A DNA stretch of 64,000 nucleotides from the NCBI RefSeq assembly GCF_964204645.1, contig NC_134030.1, forward strand, positions 14,632,110 through 14,696,109, written 5' to 3'. The position numbers were made by a program, and so were the translations under genes. The notes beneath the pieces are model-generated. The model was not told the DNA's origin and did no database searches. It worked only from the letters and a program-made list of their open reading frames with translations. The stretch comes from Tubulanus polymorphus (taxonomy: Eukaryota; Animalia; Nemertea). Positions 1-13,512 of this stretch are shown here, piece after piece. Every line of letters begins with the position of its first letter. The stretch's first letter is position 1.

Positions 1-904
1 CCGGTATTGTCTTTCATTCTCAGATTGCCTCCCGGACAACTGCCCCAGACGTTGAAACACTGTACATGAATTTCTTTAGATTTTCATTGGTTGTCATTGT
101 TGTGTTTTTTCATCGAGAAATGTGAGGAGGGGGCGATTCATATCATATATCATATCATATATCATTATTTACCATCAAAGAGGGCCATAGGACTATATAC
201 AGACAGCCTCTTAGTTTAGATATTGAATGTGCTTTGTTATGTAGGTACTAAAAGTACATCTCTTAAATTGTTCTTTAAGAAGGGTGCCGCTATAGAATAA
301 GGTCTACTTTATGTCTCATGGTTCTGTCTAAAAGTTTCAATAAAAATAAGTTTTTCTCTTGTTGAAAAATATCAGTTCTTGCTGTATCGATTTTTTTGCA
401 CTTTAAAGTTGCCCTGGTTGTTTTGTCAAAACTGTACACAAATGCTTGATCATATTATGTATATGTTCCCTTAGATCCGCACACTCACCTACAACCGGAG
501 TTAGAAGGGAAACTGATGATACAGATGATATATGTACTAGCTTAGAAACGTAAGTCCTTCCAAATAAATACGTATCACATGTGTTTCTAAATATTTAATT
601 TTGATTACGATTTTTATGCATTATTGGTAAATAGGTAAACAATCTGCATTCCTCATGATTCCTGTCCATCAGACTTAAATAAATCTAAAGAATGAAAGTG
701 TTTGAAATCATATTTCATCGGGATATAGCAAATGCCGAGTACAAAAACATGATGTCAGTTTTGTGAATTATTACCAATCTAAAATTAAAATTCTCATTCC
801 AGAAATATGGAAGAGAACTGTAAAGAGATTGAGTAAGTATATAGGTCTATATGAGAAATGTTTTAGCTTTGGGTATTTGAAATCCATGACGTTCAGCGTA
901 CCAT

Positions 905-3463
905 ATGTATCTATCATATCTCTCAATTTCTTACAGACATTTGCATAATGATGCGATGATACCAATATTTTCCAAAGAGAAGTATTGCGACCTAGATAAG
1001 AACTGTCGTGCATTGCTCACTACAAAACAGGAACTTCAATGTAAGAAAGTACCATATAATATATCCGGGAATGTGTCTTTTGTGGTAGATTTAGAAAGCG
1101 TTTCTCTGGCTGACCGGCCATGTGACGGTATTGGTGTTTACATCAACAACAGCACATCCAGAAGATATATCGAGTTGGTAGATGGGAAATATGTCATGAA
1201 AAAATCATCAACCGGGTTACTTTTAAAGAAAACGTACTATCGACATAAAAAGGAGAGTGACTTAAAGAAGCAGATCAGCTATATCGTTGACAAAGCTGGA
1301 AATGTTGTCAATAAACAAGCGTTTGTACAGTATATTTTTGAAGGGGAAGAACATGAGGTAATAGTAGGCAAACATGGGAACAGCAAAACGAGTAGGAAGC
1401 CCTATAGTCGGGTAAAAGAAAGTATAAGTTCAGTCTTAAAATCTAATATGCTTGGACAAAGTACATCTGAGGCAGTATCGTCAGTTGTTTCTTCTCAGGG
1501 GGGTTCTATGTCAATTTCATCTTTGGCTGATATTCCTACTCGCCGAATGGCATATAATATTGCTCACAGTAGCATCATTCAAAAAGCAATGATGAAGTCT
1601 CGTCTCTTCTCGATATGGCAAAGCAGGGAAAATTCAAAAATTTCATCAGAGATATGAGAGTGCACCCTCATTTGGCAGCAGTAATTTCATTTGGCAGCAG
1701 TAATTTCGACAGATGAAACTATCAGTGATATTGTTAAGTTTTGTTCTGACCCAATAGATATGTCCCCTATTTCTTTTGATCCTACCTTCAAATTTGGCCA
1801 GTTTGATGTCACGCCTATAACCTACAGGCACTTACATTTAGTGAGTAAACGTACTGGAAAAAGTCCTATATTTACAGGACCTGTCTTGATACATTTCAAC
1901 AAAACTACTGATGTTTATAAACAATTGTTTGACTCCAGTTGTCGAATATCACCAGATATTCATAACATTCTCTGTTTTGGTACAGATGGTGAAAGTGCAC
2001 TGAGTGATGCTGCTCACCAATATTTTCCCAGTGCACTTCATTTAAGATGTACACGTCACTTCGAGCAAAATTTGAAAGATCAATTAAAATCAGTTAATCT
2101 CCCACTTGAAATGAAATGTCATATTGTTAAACAGATAATCGGAGATCGCAATGGTACTGGATTGATAGATGCAGATGTAAATATTTTTGACCAGAAATTT
2201 GAAGAAATAGTAGAGTCATGGTCAGTGTATGGTGATGAATTAAACGAATTTGTTGAGTACTTGAGACATCAGTGCAAAATGATTAAAGAATCAATGATTT
2301 CAAATATAAGGTCAGCTTCAGGATTGGGTTCGCCACCAAAAAAATTCTACACCAATATATCAGAAAGTACGAACGCTAAGTTAAGGCGATGGGCGCAAAA
2401 CCGTGAAATGGGATTGTGTGCATTTATCGAGTCATTACATAATCTCATGCAAGCAGAAAGAGATAACATAAATTTAGCATACCTTGGAACCTCTGAGTTG
2501 TATGAGATAAGAGAAGACTTTAGGTATCTTCTCTGTGTACCAAATTCCTTGAATTTATCCATTCCCCAAAGGCAGAAACATTTCAAGCAGGCACTTTCTT
2601 ACACGATGCACGAATTACACAATTCCTCAAAAAAAACATCTCTTCTGTTGAGCCTAATATTTCCATCACCACTTCAGTAGCAAGAAGTCAATTTCAAATA
2701 AATGTATCTGAACCTGTGTTACGGGGAATTTGGCAAAAGGCCGCTAACCTTTTGCATGATAATAATGCAATAGCTGCTGCTCCTAGTAATGACGTGAACC
2801 TAATGAAGTTTAGTGTTATCAGTTACCAGTCAGCGCTAAACAATCAGGTTGATTTTTGTCTAAAAAATAATAAATGTACGTGCACTTGTCAGCAGTATAA
2901 TTAAATGGCATTCTTTGTGTTCGCACAGTATAGCAGTAACTGAAAAAAATGGATTTTTGAAGCAATTCCTTCTATGGTATAAATCTGCAAAAAAATCTAC
3001 TAATCTCTCAAAGCTTGCCACCAGTGGTTTGAATTTGTCAGCTGCTGGCATGAAGGGAAAACGATGTCGTCGGAAACGCACTTATGATGAGTCCAATATT
3101 TCCACTCCTTCATGTCCTACAGGAAAAAACCGTGAAAATGGTTTTTTCTTAACATTTTTACAGGGACGAATTAAAACTTGCTATGGATGTCGAGTAGATT
3201 TCATTGAAAATGATTGGAAACCACCAAAAGATTTTGTCATTAGGAAATTAGATTTCAGATCGTATTTCAATCAATCCGGGGATTTAGTAAGGTCAGAAAA
3301 ACCACAGAATACCTATTACCACCCAAGACAATCATGTGTGTTAAAGCGTTATCCAAGTTTTACTCCCAACGATTTGCAGGTCTCCGCTGAAATACGAGGC
3401 AGTATGACTCGTGAACATTTTCTTAAATTACAAGAATTCCTAAATAGTGGTGTTATGACTTGA
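905..3463 (+). pseudogene. Decayed Mutator/MULE-like transposase (MULE DDE core, SWIM zinc finger, C-terminal CxxC...H...C finger), split over four ORFs
   Basis: ORF 1691-2680 has FDPTF, FGTDGE and HLRCTRH (CxxH) motifs and TNISES. A SWIM-like CTCTC...CSH spans a break at ~2904-2915. The ORFs are collinear with stops and frameshifts between them. Confidence 0.75.
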
Positions 3464-3710
3464 ATTTGCCTCAGTCAGTGTATCATTATTACGTGTTAGC
3501 GGAACAAACAAAGTACATAGCACTCGACATAACGTATATGTATGTAATGCATTTTCACCGGGATTAATTGCTAAGGAAATACATTTTCTTCGCGGCAAAG
3601 TATTCCTTGAGAAATTTCTCGAAGAAAATTTGTTCTCCTTAGTAATTTTTCCCTGTAATTTTTACTGCATGTAGCTTATTATTCGGCTGTATTATGTAAG
3701 TGGTTTTTTG

Positions 3711-4231
3711 TTTTCGTCTGACATCGTTCTTTTTGGGATATTTCTCTTGATCTTTACACACATACTTCAAATTGGTCTTAGTATGACCAGTGAAACTGTG
3801 CATTCTAAGTAAACCATCGTTTTTATATACATTTTACACTGTATTGAAGCATTGCCAAATACTCTTAATTTTCTCATGTGTAAATGAGAAAGATCAGCCA
3901 TTTTTGAATTTTCTAATATATGTTTCATCATGTGTTTCCGTGCCTAGGAAGCATGATTTTTATGATTTGAAAATATTTTCAAATGGCAGGCATGGAAAAT
4001 ATTGATCTACTTCATAAAATGGAGTCTCTTTTTTCTGAGTTGAAGAAGAGCTTCAATACAGCGTAAAATGGATATAAACACGGTGGTCTATTTAGACTGC
4101 ACAGTTTCACTGGCCGTACTATCATAAGACCAATCTGAGGCGGATATAGTGTTTTATCAATCGTACCAATCTGAGGTATGTGTTTAAAAGATCAAGATAA
4201 ATATCCAAAAATGATCGATGTCAGACGAAAA
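3711..4231. mobile_element. Foldback/MITE-like element with ~140-180 bp imperfect inverted arms
   Basis: TTTTCGTCTGACATCG...GTATTGAAGC (3711-3850) is mirrored by GCTTCAATAC...CGATGTCAGACGAAAA (4050-4231). Confidence 0.65.
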
Positions 4232-5227
4232 TTAATAGACATTATGTATATTTCATTCTGGCTTAGGATTGTTCATGCGTGTTGTGTTTCTACATTGTTG
4301 TTATAAGCGAATGTGGTTTATTTTTTAGAATTAAATGATATGAAAGATTATAAAATGGTTTCATTTTTTTTAATGTTTACTTTGTGATTGCTATAACATA
4401 CATGTTCCTATGCTGATTATTTGGATCAAAAGAATCGTATTGGTACCGGTACTAAACGGCCGTAAAATTATAATAATTTCAATGGAATTTGAACCAGTAC
4501 TTGTTTGGTCGTAGGATTTCATGTTTGCAACCATCTACAACTACGGTCCGACACCGCGAACGTGCTCAATATGTATCTGATAATATTCGTTTCTGAAGTT
4601 CTCAAAAAGTCGATGAACTTCGATAACCGAAGTTTGCCTAGTAGAAATAGACATTAGGTGCCTGGTCTCTTTCACCCCACTTGATTCTGACTTCTACAGG
4701 TGGCAGGCAGTCAACGGTATCGTAATATAATAATTCCATATAAAATTGCCTGCAAATAATGGGATTCGAACCTAACTCGTTGCATCGATCGGTCCGGTGC
4801 CCTGTCCGACAGTGGGTATCCCCGTGGGAAAACCCGTTTACTATTTATAGAAAAAATGAAGAAATTCCGCGTTTTTGGAAAATTCCGCGATTCCGTCTTT
4901 CCGCGATATGACAACACCGTAGTACGGGCGTGTGTTTGGAATGTGACCATTTCGTTTCGTATTTCGGTTCGTATTTTAGCACAACTGGCAAAAAATTTCC
5001 ATTTCGTAATTTCGTAGTTTCTTAATTTCGTAATTTCGTTCCATATTTCGTAATTTCGTTTCATATTTCGTAATTTCGTAGTTTCGTACTTTAGCAGGAC
5101 CCATCTTAAGTTGTCTTCTGTCTAATGTCCTGACAAATGACATACACAGTAATCCAAAATATACCAGACCGAGTAAATTTCCAAAACAACCTTAACACAC
5201 TGTTCGACGAAAAAACTTAATGTTCCG

Positions 5228-5516
5228 ACAAAACCAAAATTATGAATTATCGCGGGTGACAAAACCAAAATATTGAATTGTCACGGGCGACAAAACAAAA
5301 ATAATGAATTTTCGCGGGCGATAAAACCAAAATAATGAATTGTCACGGGCGATAAAACCACAATAATGAATTGTCGCGGGCGTTAAAACCAAAATATTGA
5401 ATTGTCGCGGGCGATAAAACCAAAATAATGAATTGTCACGGACGACAAAAACAAAATATTGAATTGTTGCGTGCGACAAAACCAAAATAATGAATTGTCG
5501 CGGGCGACAAAACCAA
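5228..5516. repeat. 31-bp tandem satellite, left part (consensus GAATTGTCGCGGGCGAYAAAACCAAAATAAT)
   Basis: About 9 head-to-tail copies, with no spacers between them. Confidence 0.9.
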
Positions 5517-6776
5517 ACTAGGGGTCCAGGGACACCATGCTCACTTGGGAAGTGGTTTCAAATGCTCAACAATCTAACAATTTCAATACATAACGCCCTC
5601 TAGTGACCATATACAAAAACCAATGACCTTGAAACCCACCACAATCATAGAACATGTGAGCAGCTTTGATTTTGTAATTGATTGTGACTAATTTAATATG
5701 ACTGTTACCAATTTAATATGGAAATACTAAGCCATTCTACTATTCAACGCCCCCTGGTGACTATATGGAATAACTAATGTCCTTAAAAACTCACCACAAT
5801 CATAGACGATGTCATGAACTACAACTTTGCAATGGATCATGGTAACAAACTATGCCTAGGTACCAATCTAATAAGGAAAAACTAAGCTTTTCTACTATTC
5901 AACGCCCCCTGGTGACTATATGGAATAACTTATGTCCTTAAAAATCACCACAATCATAAACGATGTCATGAACTACAATTTTGCAATTGATCATGGTAAC
6001 AAAAAATGCCTTGCTACAAATATAATATAGCAATACTAAGTTATAGTATTATTCAACGCCCCCTGATGGCCACATACTAAAACCAATGACCTTGAAACTC
6101 ACCAAAATCATACAACACCTTTTGGGCTACAACTTTCCAATTGAATATAGTAACACAATATGCTTAGGTATCGATTTAATGTGGAAAAACCTTTTCCCAC
6201 CTACGAATTAGTACTGATGACACCAAGATGGCCGCCAATTGCGTCATAATTGGCTGATCAAAAATACCTGTCCCAGGTATAAAACATCCCTCTCTAAAGA
6301 ATACCCATCAGCAATTGCAATGAGAAATGGCAAACCAGTAGGAAGCTACAGGACCTAGAATTCTGGCCAAAATTGACATTTTTCGGCACTAAAAAGGTCA
6401 TAGGACGGCCATCTTGAGTCAGATCGACCCAATTATCATATGCTGATGGGCCTTTGGTAGATTCAAATATGAACGAAAGATCAAGGTAATTGATCAAAGC
6501 GTCTTCAAAATTTCCCACGAAAACTTCGAAAATGTTTAAAAAGTGCTGATTTTGGCAAACAACAATGGCTGCCAGTCGGCCATCTTGAATGTGACTGGGC
6601 CAGTTTTTGGGCTGACGATGTGTCTATGGTAGATACATGTATAAACCAAATATCAAGACATTACCTTGAAGCGTCTTCAAAACTTCCCAAAATAACTGGA
6701 TTCCGTCTATGGACGGCGACCGGACGAAAAGTGAACACAATAGCCCGCTGGGACTTAAGTCCCAAGTTGACTGAAA
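5517..6776 (-). mobile_element. Helentron-type non-autonomous element (HINE-like) with internal ~155-bp tandem repeats, inserted into the satellite
   Basis: The minus strand starts in a T-run with a GGGAC-TTAA-GTCCC hairpin and ends ...GTCCCTGGACCCCTAGT-TT. It has subterminal inverted repeats (CACTTGGG/CCCAAGT), about 4 internal units containing TATTCAACGCCCCCTGGTGAC, and no TSD (A/T-run target). The family recurs in this window. Confidence 0.7.
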
Positions 6777-6777
6777 A

Positions 6778-7890
6778 AGAATTGTCGCGGGCGACAAAAC
6801 CAAACTAATGGATTGTCGCGGGCGATAAAACCAAACTAATGAATTGTCGCGGGCGATAAAACAAAAATATTGAATTGTCTCGGGCGATAAAACCAAAATA
6901 ATGAATTGTCGCGGGTGATAAAAGCTAAATAATGAATTGTCTCGGGCGACAAAACCAAAATAATGAATTGTCGCGGACGATAAAAACAAAATATTGAATT
7001 GTCGCGGCCGATAAAACCAAAATAATGAATTATCGCGGGTGATAAAACCAAAATATTGAATTGTCGCGGGCGATAAAACCAAAATAATGAATTGTCGCGA
7101 GCGAAAAAACCAAAATATTGAATTGTCGCGGGCGATAAAACCAAAAACAAGAATTGTAGCGGGCGACAAAACCAAAATAATGAATTGTCACTGGAGATAA
7201 AACCAAAGTAATGAATTATCGCGGGCGATAAAAACAAAATATTGAATTGTCGCGGGCGACAAAACCAAACTAATGAATTGTCGCGGGCGATAAAACCAAA
7301 ATAATGAATTGTCGCGGGCGACAAAACCAAAATGGTGAATTGTCCAGGCGACAAAATCAAAATGGTGAATTGTCGGGGGCGACAAAACCAAAATATTGAA
7401 TTGTCGCGGGCGATAAAACTAAAATAATGAATTGTCTCGGGCGACAAAACCAAAATAATGAATTGTCGCGGGCGATAAAACCAAAATAATGAATTATCGC
7501 GGGCGATAAAACCAAAATATTGAATTGTCGCGGGTGATAAAACCAAAATAATGAATTGTCGCGGGCGACAAAACCAAAATATTGAATTGTCGCGGGCGAT
7601 AAAACCAAAATAATGAATTGTCGCGGGCGACAAAACCGTAATAATGAATTGTCGCGGGCGATAAAACCAAAATAATGAATTTTCTCAGGCGACAAAACCA
7701 CAATAATGAATTATCGCGGGCGATAAAACCAAAATATTGAATTGTCTCGGGCGACAAAACCAAAAAGAAGAATTGTCGCTGGCGACAAAAACAAAATAAG
7801 GCATTGTCGCTGGCGATAAAACCAAAGTAATGAATTGTCGTGGGCGATAAAACCAAAATAATGAATTGTCGCGGGCGACAAAATCAAAAT
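6778..7890. repeat. 31-bp tandem satellite, main array (~35 copies)
   Basis: Same unit as 5228-5516, with an internal hairpin TTGTCGC-GG-GCGACAA. Confidence 0.92.
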
Positions 7891-7998
7891 CATTGTTTTC
7901 TCGCGTTATTTTAGTTTTGTCGTTTTGTCGTAATGTCGCCCTTATTTGCATATTCGTGTTTTTTTATCTTATCAGCCACCATACTAAAGCTTTAAGGT

Positions 7999-9316
7999 CG
8001 CGTAAAACTCGATAAACACTTCAAGCGACACAGCGAACGATCTCCTTTCCCCACAGCGAACGCTTACTCCGAATGTCAAGTGTGAGTCCAGCATACGGAT
8101 AGGAGTGTGTTATATACTTGTATTTAGTAAATACCTTGTGGATTTGACAATGATCGGTATGTAATGTAGGAAATATAGAGTATTGATGGTATTGATATAG
8201 AGGGCCGCGGCCGAATAAAGTAATATATTCTTTATTTTGATACCTCGTCGACATAACAGCTTTTCTCCGCTATATCTCTTCGGCGTGTTTAGTTTAGGCC
8301 TACGACTCCCCGGTACACTTATGATTTATCTTAGTAAAAACACGGTAAATTTGGTAAAGAAAAATAGGTATTGCTTAATTAACTGCTTGACGCCCGCAGC
8401 CAAATCACTGGTAGTAATAAATTAATTTGTACTCGATTTGATTCTCAGGATGAGGAGAAACTCGCAGCTGATTCCCGGAACGACGATGAAGTGACACACG
8501 TCGATTTGTCGATGTTTACGGCTCGACAGTGCTTTAAAAATCTAAAGTAGTAAATTTCCTGTGTATCAGTAATATAATTTGATGAGGAAAATGGGTTACT
8601 GTTAAAATTAGTTTTTAAAAACCGCGACAGAATGTGCAATCTTTCGGTAATAAATTTGTTAATTTATGCTTGAATTGATAATCGATGTGACAAGAAACGT
8701 GCGGTAGATTTCGGAAAGACGACTTAGAAAAACATGTCGGCTCTTTAAATGGGGCTCAATTTTCGATGTTTACGGCCCGACAGTGCTTTTGTAACGTTGA
8801 TTCTTCAAAATTCGCACGGAGTATTTGTAGATCGAACTGAGCTGAATGATATCAGGCGGATTGTATCGGCAACAGCGGTAATGTAATAAAGCCTATGTAC
8901 TTTTGACAAAAAATGTGTGGAAAAAAATAATAATAAATATAGCTGCAAAGCAGCGATAACGGGTTTTCTACACAGTCTTAGAATCCTGTTCAACGGTGGA
9001 TTTCGACAAAGCATTTGATAAGGCACAACATCAGCCATTACTAAACAGGCTATTAGGAAACAGTATCAATGATAGGTCGCCCAAATGGCTTAGCAGTTAT
9101 CTCTGAACGAAAAATTGTAGCCGAAATCGACGGAACGCCTCATCTTGGAACAAGTCAGTCTAACTAGTGGAGTCACGCAAGGTAGTATCCTAAGTCGTCT
9201 TCTGTTTAATGCCCTGACAAATGACATACACAGTAATCCAAAATATACCAGACCGAGTAAATTTCCAAAAAACGAACTTAACACGCTGTTCGACCAAAAA
9301 ACTTAATGTTCCGACA
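7999..9316 (+). repeat. ~1.3-kb direct duplication, copy 1 (copy 2 at ~10589-11895)
   Basis: Near-identical sequence from GCGTAAAACTCGATAAACAC to TTAATGTTCCGACAA in both places. Confidence 0.9.
8995..9232 (+). pseudogene. Non-LTR (CR1/L2-like) reverse transcriptase fragment; repeated at ~11575-11810 and partly at ~5101-5150
   Basis: Translates to VDFDKAFDK and GVTQGSILSRLLFNALTNDI, matching the LDFxKAFD and GVPQGSILGPLLF RT motifs. Confidence 0.65.
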
Positions 9317-9851
9317 AGAATATCTTGTTCAAGTAAAAACAATTCAGTTTGATCGAACAATACGCTTTTTGTTTGAATCAAAACTTACTTCATTCTGACA
9401 AAAACATGTGATCGAATGAAAAGCTATGTTATTGTTGAAATGAAAAACATTTTGTCCCGTCAAAAATATTTGGTTGAGCGAAAACAATTTTTTCGAACGA
9501 ATGTTTGAATGAAAACAATTCTGTTTGATTGAATGAAATACTTAATACTTTTGGTTCGGAGAAAAAACTTTTTACAATATGCTTGTTTGAATAAAAAACT
9601 TAAAATTTTGTTCAAATTAAAACGATTCTGTTCGATCGAACGATTGTTCGAACGAAAAACATTTCGTTTGGACAAAAAAAAGTTTGTTCAACTTTGTTCT
9701 AACGATTTTTTCAAATTTGTTCAATCGAAAAGAATATTATTGGTTGGAACGAAATAAATTTTGTTCCGACGAAAGAATTTTCAAGCGAAAAAGGTCTTTT
9801 GAACGAAAAAAAAAGATATTTCTTGGGCTCCGCAGTAACTTATCGCTGGAC

Positions 9852-10144
9852 GTAGGTCGGCCTTGTGATGTATCGCAAGTTTCGGTGCAAGTCTGTTGCG
9901 ATACGATTGTCACTGACTGTGTGCGACTAGTTTCTGCCAGTCGCAAGACCGCGTCGGTTGGTTGTGACAGTCGTGTCGCGTCGCAGAAAGTTGAATACGT
10001 GCGACTCCTTGTGACTGGCGTTGCTGAAAGTCGCAACCCGTCGCAAGGGAGCGTAGGTCGATGAGTCGTTGCGACACAATTGTCGCTGGCGGTCGCAGTG
10101 ATTGGCGTCGCAGTGAGTAACAAGCCGTCGCAAGGCCGACCTAC
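9852..10144. mobile_element. Small MITE-like element with terminal inverted repeats
   Basis: GTAGGTCGGCCTTG at the left end and CAAGGCCGACCTAC at the right end, with GTCGCA-rich internal repeats. Confidence 0.6.
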
Positions 10145-10588
10145 ACCCTGCTTAAGTCATTAGGAATTAATGAAATACCAGTTTCATTTATGATGAAAAA
10201 ACTCAAATGAAAAGTCTGGCTTATAAAGCTGTCTGCTGAGACGAAATTTTCAAAAAAATCTTCATTTTTGGCAATAAAATTGATAATTGTGATTGATCGT
10301 TGCAAGTCACAACCAGTTAATCACTAATTAACATGCATTTTAATAAATCTGATTCCTCCTTTACAGTGAACTTAGCTTTAACCTAGTAGAGGCTACTAGC
10401 CTTTGTAGGCCTATGTATATGCGTAGGCCTAACATCCGGACAGATTGGTCGTAGGCCTATTGAATAACAACCCACCTAAATATCGTAAATTTAGTTTTGA
10501 AGTTCAATCCAATGAGTCCGTTAATAAACGCAACAATTATACCGTGTTTGTTTGAGACAGTAAAGCTCAGTACCGGTAGGCCTTAAGC

Positions 10589-11895
10589 CGCGTAAAACTC
10601 GATAAACACTTCAAGCGACACAGCGAACGATCTCCTTTCCCCCACAGCGAACGCTTACTCCGAATGTCAAGTGTGAGTCCAGCATACGGATAGGAGTGTG
10701 TTATATACTTGTATTTAGTAAATACCTTGTGCATTTGACAATGATCTGTATGTACTGTAGGAAATATAGAGTATTGATGGTATTGATATAGAGGTTGAAG
10801 CCCGCGGCCGAATAAAGTAATATATTCTTTTATTTTGATACCTCGTCGACATAACAGCTTTTCTCCGCTATTTCTCTTCGGCGTGTTTACTTTAGGCCTA
10901 CGACTCCCCGGTACACTTATGATTTATCTTAGTAAATACACGGTTAATTTGGTAAAGAAAAATAGGTATTGCTAAATTAACTGCTTGAGGCCCGCAGCCA
11001 AATCACTGGTAGTAATGAATTAATTTGTACTCGATTTGATTCTCAGCCCCGGAACGACGATGTAGTGACACACGTCGATTTGTCGATGTTAACGGCTCGA
11101 CAGTGCTTTTAAAATCTAAAGTAGTAAATTTCCTGTGTATCAGTAATATAATTTGATGAGGAAAATGGGTTATTGTTAAAATTAGTTTTTAAAAACCGCG
11201 ACAGAATGTGCAATCTTTCGGTAATAAATTTGTTAATCTATGCTTGAATTGATAATCGATGTGACAAGAAACGTGCGGTAGATTTCGGAAAGACGACTTA
11301 GAAAAACATGTCGGCTCTTTGAATGGGGCTCAATTTTCGATGTTCACGGCCCGACAGTGCTTTTGTAACGTTGATTCTTCAAAATTCGCACGGAGTATTC
11401 GTAGATCGAAGTGAGCTGAATGATATCAGACGGATTGTATCGGCAACAGCGGTAATGTAAAAAAGCCTATGTACTTTTGACAAAAAATGTGTGGAAAAAA
11501 ATAATAATAATAATAAATATAGCTGCAAAGCAGCGATAACGGGTTTTCTGCACAGTCTTAGAATCCCGTTCAACGGTGGATTTCAACAAAGCATTTGATA
11601 AGGCTCAACATCAGCCATTACTAAACAGGCTATTAGGAAACAGTATCAATGATAGGTCGCCCAAATGGCTCAGCAGTTATCTCTGAACGGAAACTTGTAA
11701 CCGAAGTCAACAGAACTCCTCATCTTGGAATGAGACGGTCTAACTAGTGGAGTCACGCAAGGTAGTATCCTAAGTCGTCTTCTATTTAATGTCCTGACAA
11801 ATGACATAGACAGTAATCCAAAATATACCAGACCGAGTAAATTTCCAAAACGACCTTAACACACTGTTCGACCAAGAAACTTAATGTTCCGACAA
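10589..11895 (+). repeat. ~1.3-kb direct duplication, copy 2
   Basis: Matches 7999-9316. Confidence 0.9.
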
Positions 11896-11962
11896 AACAA
11901 AATATTGAATTGTTTCGTGCGACAAAACCCAAATAATGAATTGTCGCGGGCGACAAAACCAA

Positions 11963-12467
11963 ACTAGGGGTCCAGGGTCACCATGCTCACTTGGGAAGTG
12001 GTTTCAAATGCTCAACAATCTAACAATTTCAATACATAACGCCCTCTAGTGACCATATACAAAAACCAATGACCTTGAAACCCACCACAATCATAGAACA
12101 TGTGAGCAGCTATGATTTTGTAATTGATTGTGATAACAAAATATGCCTCGTTACCAATTTAATATGGAAATACTAAGTTATTCTACTATTCAACGCCCCC
12201 TGGTGACCATATGCAAACCCCAATGACCTTAAAACTCACCACAATCGTAGTACATGTCATGAAATACAACTTGCAATTGATCATAGTAACAAAATATGCC
12301 TAGGTTCCAATCTAATAAGGAAATACTAAGCCATTCTACTATTCAACGCCCCCTGGTAACTATATGGAATAACTAATGTCCTTAAAAACTCACCACAATC
12401 ATAGACGATGTCATGAACTACAACTTTGCAATGGATCATGGTAACAAACTATGCCTAGGTACCAATC
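11963..12467 (-). mobile_element. HINE-like element, truncated at a deletion junction with Polinton copy A
   Basis: Starts ACTAGGGGTCCAGGG in the same satellite context as 5517 and switches abruptly to AT-rich Polinton coding sequence at ~12470. Confidence 0.75.
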
Positions 12468-12474
12468 AAATAAG

Positions 12475-13490
12475 ATTATTATATTGATATCTCTTATAAA
12501 AAACAAGAAAAAATATAAGCAGAATCAACTTTGCTTAAGTTAGACCTATCTAGAATTAAAAGAATAAGAAATAGTAATGAACCAGAAGATGTAACACAAG
12601 AAGAAATTATTAAAAATGAAAGAGTATTTAAACAAAGAATTAATAAATTATTTGAAACAATCGATAATAATTTAGAACCAGAAACAACTTCTGATCAGAA
12701 TAAAACTTCCAAAACTAGTAAACTTAAATCAAAAGTTCCAATTGAAAAACTTTTACTGATAATGCAATAAGAGAAATTATTAGTACAAGAAATGAAGCTG
12801 ATAAAATTGCGCATGATAAAAGTATAAGAGATTTAAAAATTAGAACTTTAGAAGATGAATTATTTAAATCAAGAAAAGAATCAGAACAATTAAAATTAGA
12901 TAGAGATAATAAAGTTATTGAAGAAATTGAGTTTAAAAAAAGAAATGCATATTTAGAAAAAGAAATTGATAATTTAGAATATAACATAGAATTTCAGAAA
13001 GAAGAAATTAAATTATTTAAAGAATCATATAATTATTGTATTAATAGATTAAAAGTTGTTCTTAAAGATTTAATAATTAAACCAAATTCTGAAATATCAT
13101 TGAAAGATAGAATAAAATTATTATTTAAGTTTGAAGGAATCACAATTCTTTCAATTCTAACAGCTGTAACTATGGTATTTACAACAATAGGTTTAGCTAT
13201 ATCAAAATCACTGAAATCTTCTCCTACTCCAAATAAACCAGATAAACCCCCAGATAATAATTCAATACAAGATAATGTTAAAGATGGTTTAAAGAAATTA
13301 GCAAAATATTTATGGGAACTATCTAAAAAATCTGCTGCAGCATTGCCAGGAGTTATTGCATCAATTGTTGGTTTTAATTGAAATCTGCAGGGAATATTAT
13401 TAACTTTGCTGCTGAACATATTATTTTATTTTTAATTACAGTTGTAAAGTGCAATTATTTTTGGGTTAGTGAATATGATAAAAAATGAAT
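12475..13490 (+). pseudogene. Remnant of the Polinton coiled-coil/C-terminal membrane protein (homolog of 35033-36640)
   Basis: Shares LKDRIKLLFKFEGITILSILTAV...KKSAAALPGVIAS with copy B; contains stops and frameshifts. Confidence 0.8.
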
Positions 13491-13512
13491 AATTAATCTT
13501 TTTGTTAAATAA

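Noticed and set aside
4750-4830. tRNA gene suggested by GGTTCGAATCCC on the minus strand
   Set aside because: Only a B-box-like motif; no cloverleaf could be built. At most a SINE remnant.
6778-7890. CRISPR-like array of 31-bp partly palindromic repeats
   Set aside because: Units are head-to-tail with no unique spacers, there are no cas genes, and the context is eukaryotic.
6624-7951. Long minus-strand ORFs (up to 265 aa)
   Set aside because: They are translations of the stop-poor strand of the satellite.
12460-12480. Left end or TSD of Polinton copy A
   Set aside because: No AG terminus, palindrome or CACCTA duplicate; the junction falls mid-gene, so it is a deletion breakpoint.
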